Shown: positions 35,832 through 45,055 of the stretch, one piece after another
How positions within the stretch are numbered: position 1 is the first letter of the stretch
Layout of the letters: each line of letters begins with the position of its first letter
Source of the DNA: a phage
Direction: 5' to 3' (one strand)
Assembly (NCBI GenBank): GCA_022897995.1
Contig: GCA_022897995.1_4763.1
Length of the DNA stretch: 64,000 nucleotides
Position numbers and translations under genes: made by a program
The notes under the pieces: model-generated
Told to the model about the DNA's origin: nothing
What the model saw: the letters and a program-made list of their open reading frames with translations, nothing else
The model's database searches: none

Positions 35832-36104
35832 ATGCGTAAGATGTTTAAAGCTGGTGTTGCCTATGTTTTTAACTCTGAGCAAGCACGTAAAGACTTCTTA
35901 GAGGATGACTACGAAGGATTGAAAGATACCTACGAAGTCATCAAGAATGGATTTACTGTTCTTAAAGTGTCACCTATTGGTTATGTAAGTGAAATCTCGG
36001 TTGATGGGAAAACATATACCGCTAAAGACTTTGATCCGCGTTGGGAATTTATGCTGCTTCCGTGTGACCGCATTCTGTTTCGTGCTGTTCAATTAGTGAA
36101 ATGA
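35832..36104 (+). CDS. paralog family protein (single N-domain)
   Basis: Shares the NGF[KT]VL...[IV]DG..Y motif with 36119, 36743 and the 42291-44332 genes. Confidence 0.5.
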   Translation: MRKMFKAGVAYVFNSEQARKDFLEDDYEGLKDTYEVIKNGFTVLKVSPIGYVSEISVDGKTYTAKDFDPRWEFMLLPCDRILFRAVQLVK

Positions 36105-36118
36105 TAGAGGATTATATT

Positions 36119-36679
36119 ATGGTACAGAAAACGTATAAATTGTATCCGGCTAAGTCTTCAAATGATGCTGTTTTTGAACGAGGTCGTTATTACACTTTCC
36201 GTAATGCTGAGTCCGCAGAGGAATTTGTTAAACGCTATCCACAACATAACAAGTTCCTGTATGGTGTGCTTCACAAGGGCTTTAAAGTTCTGACGGTTAA
36301 TGTTATGGGTAAAGTGTATTTGGTAGAAACTCATGATTATGAGGGCGCGTCAATCATGATTGATGCAAGCGAGCGCAAATACTTTAAACGCATCACTAAA
36401 AAGCAGTTTGAAGAAATGAAACCAGTTAAGAAAGAAGAATCTCTGGAAGATCTGATTAACTTGTTTGGTAAAGTTCGCTCTATCTCCTTTGCGATTGAAG
36501 ATGACATTACCGACAATAAAATCTTTATCAAGAACGCGGAAGACCTGAAAGAGTTCCTTATTGAAAATAGATCTCGGCTGGAAACCTTTCTTGAAAGTGA
36601 AATTATTCGACATGATACCTACGCTAAATTCAGCGCCGAGAAAGTGGAAGAACTGAAAGAGATTAAAAAGTCACTTTAA
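36119..36679 (+). CDS. paralog family protein (two-domain)
   Basis: KGFKVLTV...ERKYFKRI followed by helical C-domain; GAGGATTATATT translation start. Confidence 0.55.
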   Translation: MVQKTYKLYPAKSSNDAVFERGRYYTFRNAESAEEFVKRYPQHNKFLYGVLHKGFKVLTVNVMGKVYLVETHDYEGASIMIDASERKYFKRITKKQFEEMKPVKKEESLEDLINLFGKVRSISFAIEDDITDNKIFIKNAEDLKEFLIENRSRLETFLESEIIRHDTYAKFSAEKVEELKEIKKSL

Positions 36680-36682
36680 CGC

Positions 36683-36711
36683 TTGACATGATGAAACGGG
36701 AGTAGTAAGAT
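36683..36711 (+). promoter_or_regulatory. early promoter with stem-loop (PeSL-type)
   Basis: TTGACA, inverted repeat gggagtagtaagatactccc, TAAGAT. Confidence 0.6.
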
Positions 36712-36742
36712 ACTCCCATCTAAACAACGAGAGGATTATATT

Positions 36743-37921
36743 ATGGCTAAATTCTTTGAAGGGCATTACTATGCATTCCGTGAAGGCGGTAAAGATGAGT
36801 TTCTAGACTTTTCTCGCTATTCAATTATTCTGACCGATGCTTCGCGCCGTGGTCATATTCGGGTTGCAGAAATTGTCAAAAACGGTTTTAAAGTATTAGA
36901 AAAAGATGACCACGGTCATGTTATTACTATTGAAGCTGGAGATGTAGTTTATTCCGCTAATGATATTGTGGATTATTGGGCTACTATGATTATGCACAAT
37001 GAGCGCAAATACTTTAAACGTATCTCAAAAGAGGCATACGAAGCGATGAACAAGAAAGAGGATGCAATGCCGACTTACTTTGAAAAAGGTAAATGTTATT
37101 CGTTTACCCCGGAAGGTTTGCAAGAATTTAAGCGATTCTGGGGAGATCATGATCCAGAGCACAAAGAAGCCATGAAACTTGTTGATTTTGTCGAATATGG
37201 CTTTTTAGTTGAAGAAGAATTTCACGGATCGGCTACCATGATCACCGCGAAAGGTGAAACTGTTAAGGCGGATCGTTTTTGTGAACAGTGGAATTGCTTG
37301 TTTGACGGTAGCGAATTTGAATACTTCGCAGAAATCACGAATCATCAATTTCGTTCTATGCAAGCAGATGGTCAGCGATTTAAAGTAGGCGAACGCTACA
37401 AGCCAAATCAGCATAATTTGCCTTATTGGTTTAACACTGAAACCGTATCCAGTCATGTTATTGAAATTGTTCAAAAGCTGGAACAGGGATTTAAGGTAAC
37501 TAAAGTAGATTCTTTCGGAAGTGTTGACGCGGTTGAAATTGATGGTGTAGAATATACACCGAAATCTTTCGGGCTTTGCTGGTATCACTTGATCAGCAAT
37601 GATGAACGTTATAACTTTGTTGAACTGCCATCTGAACCGGAAGAAGCACTAGAAGATCATGATCATCTGTCTGAACTGGTTAAACTGTTTGGCGATCTGC
37701 CGGATGGTGTAGGGGTGGCGGTAATGGGTGAAGGTGCTGTTATCCGAAACCTGAAAGACTTTAAAAAGTTCTTGATCGACATGCTGCCTAAACTCGATGA
37801 GAATCTAGATACAGATATTCAGAATCGCAAAGAAATTGTTAAAGAGACTGAAAAAGAGATCGAAGAGATTCGAGCAATTCGCCAGAAGGTGAAAGCAGTA
37901 AAGAAAAAAGTTAGTGCTTGA
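36743..37921 (+). CDS. paralog family protein (triplicated N-domain plus C-domain)
   Basis: 392 aa with three internal repeats (NGFKVLEK...ERKYFKRI; GFLVEE...; QGFKVTKV...IDGVEY...ERYNFV). Confidence 0.55.
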   Translation: MAKFFEGHYYAFREGGKDEFLDFSRYSIILTDASRRGHIRVAEIVKNGFKVLEKDDHGHVITIEAGDVVYSANDIVDYWATMIMHNERKYFKRISKEAYEAMNKKEDAMPTYFEKGKCYSFTPEGLQEFKRFWGDHDPEHKEAMKLVDFVEYGFLVEEEFHGSATMITAKGETVKADRFCEQWNCLFDGSEFEYFAEITNHQFRSMQADGQRFKVGERYKPNQHNLPYWFNTETVSSHVIEIVQKLEQGFKVTKVDSFGSVDAVEIDGVEYTPKSFGLCWYHLISNDERYNFVELPSEPEEALEDHDHLSELVKLFGDLPDGVGVAVMGEGAVIRNLKDFKKFLIDMLPKLDENLDTDIQNRKEIVKETEKEIEEIRAIRQKVKAVKKKVSA

Positions 37922-37945
37922 CATGCGAAGGGAGTATGCTATAAT
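37918..37945 (+). promoter_or_regulatory. early promoter with stem-loop (PeSL-type)
   Basis: TTGACA, inverted repeat gggagtatgctataatactccc containing TATAAT; -35 overlaps the stop of 36743. Confidence 0.6.
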
Positions 37946-37975
37946 ACTCCCACTTAACAACGAGAGGATTATATT

Positions 37976-38470
37976 ATGTGGGTACAAGATGTTTGGTATA
38001 CTGTAACTAAAGAAAACCTTGACGCATTCAGCGACCAATCTTGCGCTAATAGCTCAATTGCTGATATTCTTGAAGATGTTTTTGGCGGTGTAGATAAAAT
38101 TCGTTTTAAAGTTGTTGTTAATTCTATGGGGTGTGTAAAAGACCTATATACCGATGATAAAGACCTTGATCTTAAACTTCATCTTCGTATTGAGAATGCA
38201 AGTCTAGGTTATTGGTTTGAAGATAACGAATATGAATACTTCACCCCAGCAATTAAAGTTTTTGCAACTAAACTGGAAGCTGTACTGAATCTACGACCAA
38301 TTAATGTTGACGGTTACATTATCAAAAATATTCAGGAGTGGGATTCATATCTAGATCAGATTATCCGAAATAGTAAGCAGGAAGCCGCTAATAAGAAGCG
38401 ACAAGAGATCAAACAACTGAAAGCTGAACTGGAAGCGGCGGAAAAAGAATTAGCAGAACTGGTAAAATAA
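37976..38470 (+). CDS. hypothetical protein with C-terminal coiled coil
   Basis: 164 aa; C-terminus KKRQEIKQLKAELEAAEKELAEL. Confidence 0.5.
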   Translation: MWVQDVWYTVTKENLDAFSDQSCANSSIADILEDVFGGVDKIRFKVVVNSMGCVKDLYTDDKDLDLKLHLRIENASLGYWFEDNEYEYFTPAIKVFATKLEAVLNLRPINVDGYIIKNIQEWDSYLDQIIRNSKQEAANKKRQEIKQLKAELEAAEKELAELVK

Positions 38471-38475
38471 CTATC

Positions 38476-38507
38476 AACGAGCGGGAGAAATCCCGCTTTT
38501 TCATAGG
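38476..38507 (+). terminator. rho-independent terminator
   Basis: agcgggagaaatcccgct hairpin plus TTTTTC. Confidence 0.5.
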
Positions 38508-38514
38508 TGATACA

Positions 38515-40377
38515 ATGGAAAAACTAATCAAAGACATTACAGAGATCGCAACGGGTAAAGAAAACGAAGTAAGCAAAGAGAACGCGAACAAAGACGCGCG
38601 AACATTCCCGACACGTCGAGATCTGATTGCTGGTGCTGTGTCTAAACAGATTGCTAAAACCGTGTTACCTGAGCACATCTATAAAGCGCATGTAGACGGT
38701 GACATTCATTATCATGATATGGATTATGCACCCGCTATGCCGTTTACTAACTGCTGTCTTGTTAATCTCAAAGACATGTTAGAGAATGGTTTTAAATTGG
38801 GTAGTGCACAAATCGAAAGTCCGAAATCAATCGGCGTTGCTTGTGCTGTAACCGCTCAAATTATCGCACAGGTGGCAAGTCATCAATATGGCGGGACCAC
38901 AATTGCAAACATCGATCAGGTGTTAGCACCGTATGTTGAGAAAACATATCATAAACACCTTGCCGATGCCGAAACCTACGGAATCAAAGCTGATACTCTC
39001 TATGCACAAGAGAAGACAGAAAAAGAAACGCTAGACGGATATCAGGCGTTGGAATATGAGATCAACACTTTGTTCTCTACCAATGGTCAAACGCCTTTTG
39101 TGACTTTAACATTTGGTATGGGTACTAGCTGGGAAGAAAAACTGATTCAGAAAGCGATCCTGAACGTTCGAACTAAAGGTTTAGGTAAAGATGGTATCAC
39201 TCCGGTGTTTCCTAAGCTGGTGATGTTCTTAGAAGAAGGATTAAACCTTAAACCGGAAGATCCGAACTACGACATTAAGCAACTTGCATTGGAATGTTCT
39301 AGTAAGCGTCTTTACCCTGATTATATCTCTGCGAAGAATAACCGTAGTATCACTGGATCTAGTGTTCCGGTTAGCCCGATGGGTTGTCGTAGCTTCCTGG
39401 GTGTGTGGCATAATGAGAAAGGCGAAGAAGTATTAGACGGACGTAATAACTTGGGTGTTGTGACTCTGAATCTTCCGCGTATTGCTCTTATTGCCGCGCG
39501 TCGTGCTGGTAAAGCGTCTGTAATGCGCAGAATTGAGCTATTCGAACAAGAGCTAGCTAATCGTATGCCTATTTGTTTTGATGCTCTCATGAGTCGCGTA
39601 GACGCTTTAAAAGGAGCTAAAGCCAATGTTGCTCCTGTACTGTATACCGAAGGTGCATTTTTCCGTATTCATCAAAACGATGAAATTTTGGAAGTGCTGA
39701 AAGATGGTCGCGCTAGTATCTCTCTTGGTTATATTGGTTTACATGAGGTATTGAGCGTCCTGTTTGGTGTTCATCCGTTTGATTCGGAAGATGCGCAGCG
39801 ATACGGTAAACATATTCTTAAGATCTTGCGTCATTATACTGAAAAATGGAAGGACGAAACCGGACTTGGGTTTAGTCTTTACGGTACGCCAGCCGAGAGC
39901 CTTTGCTATCGATTTAATCGACTGGACCGAGAGCAATTTGGTATTGTTAAGGGTGCTACCGATAAAGACTGGTACACCAACTCATTTCACCTTGACGTAG
40001 ACCGGAAGGTTACACCGTTTGAGAAAATCGACTTTGAGAAAGATTATCACTGGCTGGCGTCCGGTGGCATGATCTCTTATGTTGAGTTCCCGGACATGAA
40101 AAACAACCTGAAAGGTCTTGAAACTGTAGTAGACTATGCAATGGATAAATTGCACTACTTCGGTGTTAATACCCCTTCTGATGTGTGTCATGTATGCGGA
40201 TCTACTAAGGAAATGAGAGCGACCGAGTTTGGTTTTGTTTGTCCTGATTGCGGCAATGATAATCTGGAAAAAATGAATGTTATCCGTCGCGTTAGTGGAT
40301 ATCTTGGATCTGTTGATCTGCGTCCATTCAACCACGGGAAACATTCCGAGATGGTAAACCGCGTTAAGCACATGTAA
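38515..40377 (+). CDS. nrdD: anaerobic ribonucleoside-triphosphate reductase NrdD
   Basis: 620 aa; C-terminal glycyl radical motif RRVSGYLGS; Cys pairs CHVCG...CPDCG. Confidence 0.9.
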   Translation: MEKLIKDITEIATGKENEVSKENANKDARTFPTRRDLIAGAVSKQIAKTVLPEHIYKAHVDGDIHYHDMDYAPAMPFTNCCLVNLKDMLENGFKLGSAQIESPKSIGVACAVTAQIIAQVASHQYGGTTIANIDQVLAPYVEKTYHKHLADAETYGIKADTLYAQEKTEKETLDGYQALEYEINTLFSTNGQTPFVTLTFGMGTSWEEKLIQKAILNVRTKGLGKDGITPVFPKLVMFLEEGLNLKPEDPNYDIKQLALECSSKRLYPDYISAKNNRSITGSSVPVSPMGCRSFLGVWHNEKGEEVLDGRNNLGVVTLNLPRIALIAARRAGKASVMRRIELFEQELANRMPICFDALMSRVDALKGAKANVAPVLYTEGAFFRIHQNDEILEVLKDGRASISLGYIGLHEVLSVLFGVHPFDSEDAQRYGKHILKILRHYTEKWKDETGLGFSLYGTPAESLCYRFNRLDREQFGIVKGATDKDWYTNSFHLDVDRKVTPFEKIDFEKDYHWLASGGMISYVEFPDMKNNLKGLETVVDYAMDKLHYFGVNTPSDVCHVCGSTKEMRATEFGFVCPDCGNDNLEKMNVIRRVSGYLGSVDLRPFNHGKHSEMVNRVKHM

Positions 40378-40381
40378 TTTT

Positions 40382-40415
40382 CAGCCGATCCGAAAGGGTC
40401 GGCTTTTTCGTTTTT
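40382..40415 (+). terminator. rho-independent terminator
   Basis: cagccgatccgaaagggtcggctg-type hairpin plus TTTTTCGTTTTT. Confidence 0.65.
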
Positions 40416-40420
40416 AGGTG

Positions 40421-40448
40421 TTGACAACCTGATTAGCTCATGTATAAT
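40421..40448 (+). promoter_or_regulatory. early sigma70-type promoter
   Basis: TTGACA, 16 bp spacer, TATAAT. Confidence 0.6.
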
Positions 40449-40479
40449 GCTCACATTGAAACAACGAGAGGATAACATT

Positions 40480-41016
40480 ATGTTTTGTGTATTGAATAAA
40501 GAAATTAAAATTCGTAAACTGGAAATTGGTGATGGTGTCGTTGTTAAAATGCACGCCAGCACACTGGCTAGCTTTGGTACAAAAGAAAGTTTCTTTATTA
40601 TGGGAACGGTTGTTAATATCTGCTGGAGTAAAGGCGAAGGCACACAAATCCGTAGCTTTTGTGTCGTTGACGAAGATAATAACCTGTATGTGATTCGCTA
40701 TCAGAATCAATCTGTGTTGGTTTATACCGACAATTCACGAGAACTGTATACGCTGGACTTTGCTAAACTGTGTGATTGTGATAAAAAGATTCAGGCGTAC
40801 CACACAGAAGGCTGTTTTGGTGTTGGCGTCGAAGAGGAAGAGTACATCCCATTGGAAGTTGGGACAGAAATTAAACATAGTGCCACGGATCGTATTTTTA
40901 CGGTTGTCGCTGTTAATGCAACTCAATTTGTAGCACAAGCGCATAATACGGGATTCGTTATCTATGACATTGGTAATGCAAGTTCTCATTTTGATGGCGT
41001 ACAATTTCGTTTATAA
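40480..41016 (+). CDS. hypothetical protein
   Basis: ATG after GAGAGGATAACATT; 178 aa. Confidence 0.5.
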   Translation: MFCVLNKEIKIRKLEIGDGVVVKMHASTLASFGTKESFFIMGTVVNICWSKGEGTQIRSFCVVDEDNNLYVIRYQNQSVLVYTDNSRELYTLDFAKLCDCDKKIQAYHTEGCFGVGVEEEEYIPLEVGTEIKHSATDRIFTVVAVNATQFVAQAHNTGFVIYDIGNASSHFDGVQFRL

Positions 41017-41028
41017 TGTGAGGTGATT

Positions 41029-41559
41029 ATGTCTAAGTTATTGAATCGTAAGCGTAAAGCACAACGACACAAAGAACGATCTAAAAAGATTGCTATTGAA
41101 CTGGTTGAGCGTGAGGATAGCTATTTGTCTACTGGTCGTTTGTATACATTCCATGCATTAATTGATGACAAGCCAGTATTGCATAATCATGATTGCTTGG
41201 CACTGTTTCACGAGATCGAACCAATCCATCGTGAATGGGATGACAACAAAGCAAAAGGCCAATATTTCCTTACTTGTTCGTGTGGCCATGCTGGATGTGC
41301 TGGATATTGGGAACCTGTTACTATCCGTGAGAAAAATGATACTATTCAATGGGTCGCCCGTGCCCGCGATGGTTATGATAAAGGGGTTGATGGTACTGGT
41401 GATAACGTAGTTTACTTTAATCGTGATTGGTATTATATGGCGCGATGTATGATCCTGTTTTATCTTGACTCGATGCCGTATGAATATTTCAGTTTCCAGA
41501 ATGGGACCGAACTTACTGGCAGAGAATGGTCTGAATACATTCGAAAAAATTTAAAATAA
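41029..41559 (+). CDS. hypothetical protein
   Basis: 176 aa; basic N-terminus; CSCGHAGCAGY. Confidence 0.5.
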   Translation: MSKLLNRKRKAQRHKERSKKIAIELVEREDSYLSTGRLYTFHALIDDKPVLHNHDCLALFHEIEPIHREWDDNKAKGQYFLTCSCGHAGCAGYWEPVTIREKNDTIQWVARARDGYDKGVDGTGDNVVYFNRDWYYMARCMILFYLDSMPYEYFSFQNGTELTGREWSEYIRKNLK

Positions 41560-41563
41560 ACGC

Positions 41564-41592
41564 TTGACGGGGATCGCGAGATCCCCTATACT
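41564..41592 (+). promoter_or_regulatory. early promoter with stem-loop (PeSL-type)
   Basis: TTGACG, inverted repeat ggggatcgcgagatcccc, TATACT. Confidence 0.55.
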
Positions 41593-41634
41593 ATATTCAT
41601 CAAGACGAGATACAACTTTACAGGAGAATCAAAT

Positions 41635-41787
41635 ATGTGGACTTTACTGATTTGGGAAACTGAAAACGCACAAGTAGAAATCCGTGAATACGAATACCTA
41701 AGCCCAGCTTATCTATTGGCATCTCGCGGTGGTTACTATAAAGCGCAGATTGTAAACGAGTTTGGGGTAATTGAATATGAGTTCTGA
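41635..41787 (+). CDS. small hypothetical protein (50 aa)
   Basis: ATG after AGGAGAATCAAAT; overlaps the nrdG start. Confidence 0.35.
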   Translation: MWTLLIWETENAQVEIREYEYLSPAYLLASRGGYYKAQIVNEFGVIEYEF

Positions 41788-42280
41788 TACATACGGCAAA
41801 CTACGCTATGCCGATATTAAAGATTGTGATATGGTTAACGGTGAGGGAGTGAGAGTCTCCCTTTACGTCACCGGATGTTCACACGCATGTGATGGTTGCT
41901 TTAATTCCAGTCTACTCAATCCTAAGAACGGGGAAACATTCACCGATGATACAATGGGATTGATTCTGGATCTGCTTAGACCTGATTTTATTCAGGGGCT
42001 AACATTCTTAGGTGGCGATCCACTGTATAAACGCAATTTAAAGGGTGTACAACGGATCATCGATGAAGTAAAATCATGGATGCCAAATAAAGATATTTGG
42101 CTATGGTCTGGTTATACCCTTGACCAATTGAATGATGAGCAAAGAAAAATTGTAGAATCAGTTGACATGTTCATCGATGGGCGTTATATTAAAGATATGC
42201 CAACGAAGAAGCCGTGGCGGGGGTCTGACAATCAAGTACAATACAAGATTGTTAATAGTATTCCAGTGAAAATTATTTGA
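41777..42280 (+). CDS. nrdG: anaerobic ribonucleotide reductase activating protein NrdG (radical SAM)
   Basis: GCSHACDGCFN Cys cluster near the N-terminus; about 167 aa. Confidence 0.8.
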   Translation: MSSDTYGKLRYADIKDCDMVNGEGVRVSLYVTGCSHACDGCFNSSLLNPKNGETFTDDTMGLILDLLRPDFIQGLTFLGGDPLYKRNLKGVQRIIDEVKSWMPNKDIWLWSGYTLDQLNDEQRKIVESVDMFIDGRYIKDMPTKKPWRGSDNQVQYKIVNSIPVKII

Positions 42281-42290
42281 GGTGATTATT

Positions 42291-42818
42291 ATGGAATGGG
42301 AAGTAGGTAAAATCTACAATATTAAATGCGAAGTGTCGAAAGCTGAACTGACTAAGTTTTCACCATCCATTAACAATGCGATTCTTGATTTGATTGGTGA
42401 TCGTTCGTTTAAGGTAGAAGCACTTGATGCTGATGGTGATGTTAGTAAAATTACCATTATTGGCGAAGAGACCGAGCCGATGACGTTACGAGAATCCCCT
42501 ATTAATTTTCATGGTGTTTGGTTTTGGTCGGGTGAGCGTCGTTTCTTTACCGAAGTTACTATTGAACCTAAGATTCCAGAATCGGAAGAAAAAGAAGAAG
42601 ACCTAACTTTAGAGCGTCTGGGTCTGCTTATGGAAGCCTACGACATTCAGTTGATCGATAAGATGGGGTTACATAATAGCATTGCCAAAATTACTACCCT
42701 AGAAGGTATTAAGAGCGTACTGGATGGTATGCCTAGCCGGATCGGTGCTATCCGCGAATACAAGCAAACTCGCGACCGTATGATCCAATTAGAATCACGT
42801 ATCAAAAATGAGAGATAA
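42291..42818 (+). CDS. paralog family protein (two-domain)
   Basis: MEWEVGKIYNIK...GDRSFKVEALD...; first of four tandem paralogs. Confidence 0.55.
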   Translation: MEWEVGKIYNIKCEVSKAELTKFSPSINNAILDLIGDRSFKVEALDADGDVSKITIIGEETEPMTLRESPINFHGVWFWSGERRFFTEVTIEPKIPESEEKEEDLTLERLGLLMEAYDIQLIDKMGLHNSIAKITTLEGIKSVLDGMPSRIGAIREYKQTRDRMIQLESRIKNER

Positions 42819-42822
42819 TATT

Positions 42823-43287
42823 ATGAAATGGGAAGCTGGTAAGACCTATGCGTGGAAAGATGTAAAAGATGCAAACCAATTTTTTAAATGGTATGATGTT
42901 GATTATTTGAAATATCTGAGATTACCGTTTAAAGTTGCGTCGGTTGATGCGAAAAAAGGATACGTGCGGTCTGTATATCTTCATGATGGAACTTATATGA
43001 GTTCAACCGATGTAGGTCTATCTTGTTGGTTTCTGGATCATGACCGTAGCAGATTTGAAGAAATTATTATTCCAGAAGAATCTAAACTGATGGACCTTCT
43101 CAAGTTGGCGATGGATAATTATAAAATTCGCTTTGAATGCAAATCACATGCGGCTATCGGTGCTAACGCCTTGCGTCATATCTCCAGTTTTGAAGAGTTG
43201 AAAGATTTTCTTGACAAAATGCCGGAAAGGGTGCAAGCTATACAGGAAGCAGAGAAAGCATTAAACGAACTTGATAAAATCGGTTAA
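42823..43287 (+). CDS. paralog family protein (two-domain)
   Basis: MKWEAGKTYAWKD... Confidence 0.55.
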   Translation: MKWEAGKTYAWKDVKDANQFFKWYDVDYLKYLRLPFKVASVDAKKGYVRSVYLHDGTYMSSTDVGLSCWFLDHDRSRFEEIIIPEESKLMDLLKLAMDNYKIRFECKSHAAIGANALRHISSFEELKDFLDKMPERVQAIQEAEKALNELDKIG

Positions 43288-43299
43288 GGGGAATATATT

Positions 43300-43848
43300 A
43301 TGAAATGGGAAATTGGTAAAACTTACACTTGGAAAGATGAAAACGCTAAAACTGAGTTTATTACTAACGTAGCAGGTGATCTTTCTCCACTTAACAGCGA
43401 TATTAGTGCAGCTATTGGTGACAAGCCATTTACCATCATCGAGATCGAGGGTAATGGTTGGATTGATGCAATAGAGCTAGACGGTGTTTATCATACGGCG
43501 AAAACGGCTACAGGAAAAGACATTTGGACGTCAACATATTTGTTTAGTCCATTTGATAGAAAATATTTTCGTGAAGTTGAAACAGTGAAAGAACCAGAAG
43601 AAAAGGTGAACGATGATTCTAAGATCGTTGGACAGTTGAAACGTCTGTTTAGTAGTCGTTATGGCCTGACGATGGTTAAATTTGGCGAAGCAAATGAAGG
43701 TAAAACCTTTGAACGTTTCGATGATTTTATTGCAGCACTTGACAAGATGGACGAAATCATGCAAGATCGCCAGAAGATTAAAGATCTTCAAAAAGACATT
43801 AAACGTCGTGAAGTTGAATTTTTGATCGGTAAAGAGCGAGGTTGGTAA
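43300..43848 (+). CDS. paralog family protein (two-domain)
   Basis: MKWEIGKTYTWKD...IGDKPFTIIEIEG...IELDGVYH...DRKYFREV. Confidence 0.55.
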   Translation: MKWEIGKTYTWKDENAKTEFITNVAGDLSPLNSDISAAIGDKPFTIIEIEGNGWIDAIELDGVYHTAKTATGKDIWTSTYLFSPFDRKYFREVETVKEPEEKVNDDSKIVGQLKRLFSSRYGLTMVKFGEANEGKTFERFDDFIAALDKMDEIMQDRQKIKDLQKDIKRREVEFLIGKERGW

Positions 43849-43849
43849 T

Positions 43850-44332
43850 ATGTTTGTTGTTGGTATGACCTATCAGTGGAAAGATTATAAAACAAGAGAA
43901 GATTTTGCAAACTCTAGCGTTGCAAATGATGCAATAGCAGAGTTTATCGGCGACCGTCCATTTAAAGTTATTGCGTTTGATCACCATGAACCAGATATCG
44001 ATTATGTTTCTGTGATTGAAATTGATGGCACGGTATACCCCTGTCGCAATGTTGATGATGTACGGGAATACGCGCACAACTGGTTTTTGCAATCAGAAGA
44101 ACGTTATTTTAAAGTGGTATCGGCAGAACTGACTACTGATGCAATGTTGGAACAATTTTTCAACAACTACGAAGTTTCTGTACGTCGATATGGTGAAGAG
44201 GAAGTATTTAAAATTGATGACTATAATCAGTTTAAACGAGTATTCGCCACTAAGATCCAACGTGATATTGAACGCGAGAAGCGCATCAAGGAACTGGAAG
44301 AAGAACTTGAAAGATTAAAGGCCGAGAAATGA
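43850..44332 (+). CDS. paralog family protein (two-domain)
   Basis: MFVVGMTYQWKD...IGDRPFKVIAFD...IEIDGTVY...ERYFKVV; C-terminal coiled coil. Confidence 0.55.
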   Translation: MFVVGMTYQWKDYKTREDFANSSVANDAIAEFIGDRPFKVIAFDHHEPDIDYVSVIEIDGTVYPCRNVDDVREYAHNWFLQSEERYFKVVSAELTTDAMLEQFFNNYEVSVRRYGEEEVFKIDDYNQFKRVFATKIQRDIEREKRIKELEEELERLKAEK

Positions 44333-44598
44333 TCGAGATATACGGCATACCGAAAGAGGCGTATCATTGTTATGGTTGTATTGGTGCAATGAAGCTACTG
44401 GATGATCTGGGTATTCCGTATACACTTAAACCAGTATTCAAGCAGGTCGGGGTTGACATTATTCCCGACCGTGATATGATTGAAGAACTGGCGGGGAGGC
44501 TGAACTCAAAGAGCCTCCGATTTGTATACCCCCAGATATTCATTGACAACGAGCACATTGGAGGCTATAAAGAACTGAGGGCTATTTATGATTATTGA
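44329..44598 (+). CDS. nrdH: glutaredoxin-like protein (NrdH-like)
   Basis: CYGC motif, about 89 aa, downstream of nrdG. Confidence 0.65.
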   Translation: MIEIYGIPKEAYHCYGCIGAMKLLDDLGIPYTLKPVFKQVGVDIIPDRDMIEELAGRLNSKSLRFVYPQIFIDNEHIGGYKELRAIYDY

Positions 44599-44745
44599 GA
44601 ATTTAGTTTCGGTGTTCATTATTGCTTTATTTGCTATAATGGCTTTACCGTTGAAGACGTGTAAACACTGTAACGGAACAGGATTGCGCGGTGATGGGTG
44701 TTGCGCTCATTGTCACGGATCTGGTAAAGTAAGTATCATTAAGTA
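44587..44745 (+). CDS. small membrane-anchored protein with two DnaJ-type CxxCxGxG zinc-finger repeats
   Basis: MIIENLVSVFIIALFAIMALP then CKHCNGTG and CAHCHGSG; 52 aa, below the track cutoff. Confidence 0.4.
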
Positions 44746-44767
44746 ATTCTTGAGTGAGGAATATATT

Positions 44768-45055
44768 ATGTTAGTACACAATGCAATCGCACACATGGTT
44801 TACTCTCGATTTGGGTGCATGGAAGAAATCAATATTACCGACGCGGATTTAGATCTGATGCAAGTCGAAGGCCAGACATATCTGAAAAATAACGGCGTGA
44901 ATATCGGTAAAGCGCGTGTGCGTGAATTGTTGGTTGAATATATTCTCTCTGAATTTGGCATTAGTGCTTTCGGTGTGAAAGAGATTGCACCGAAGCGCGA
45001 AATTTCTGATAAAATGATCAAGAAATGCCAGAAAGCACGACGTAAGGGTTTCTAA
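44768..45055 (+). CDS. hypothetical protein
   Basis: ATG after GAGGAATATATT; 95 aa. Confidence 0.45.
   Translation: MLVHNAIAHMVYSRFGCMEEINITDADLDLMQVEGQTYLKNNGVNIGKARVRELLVEYILSEFGISAFGVKEIAPKREISDKMIKKCQKARRKGF

Noticed and set aside
39321-40643. Several minus-strand and alternative-frame ORFs (39321-39626, 39982-40371, 40188-40643, 40438-40710) inside or next to nrdD
   Set aside because: Embedded in or antisense to the NrdD frame and its terminator/promoter region; composition-driven chance ORFs.
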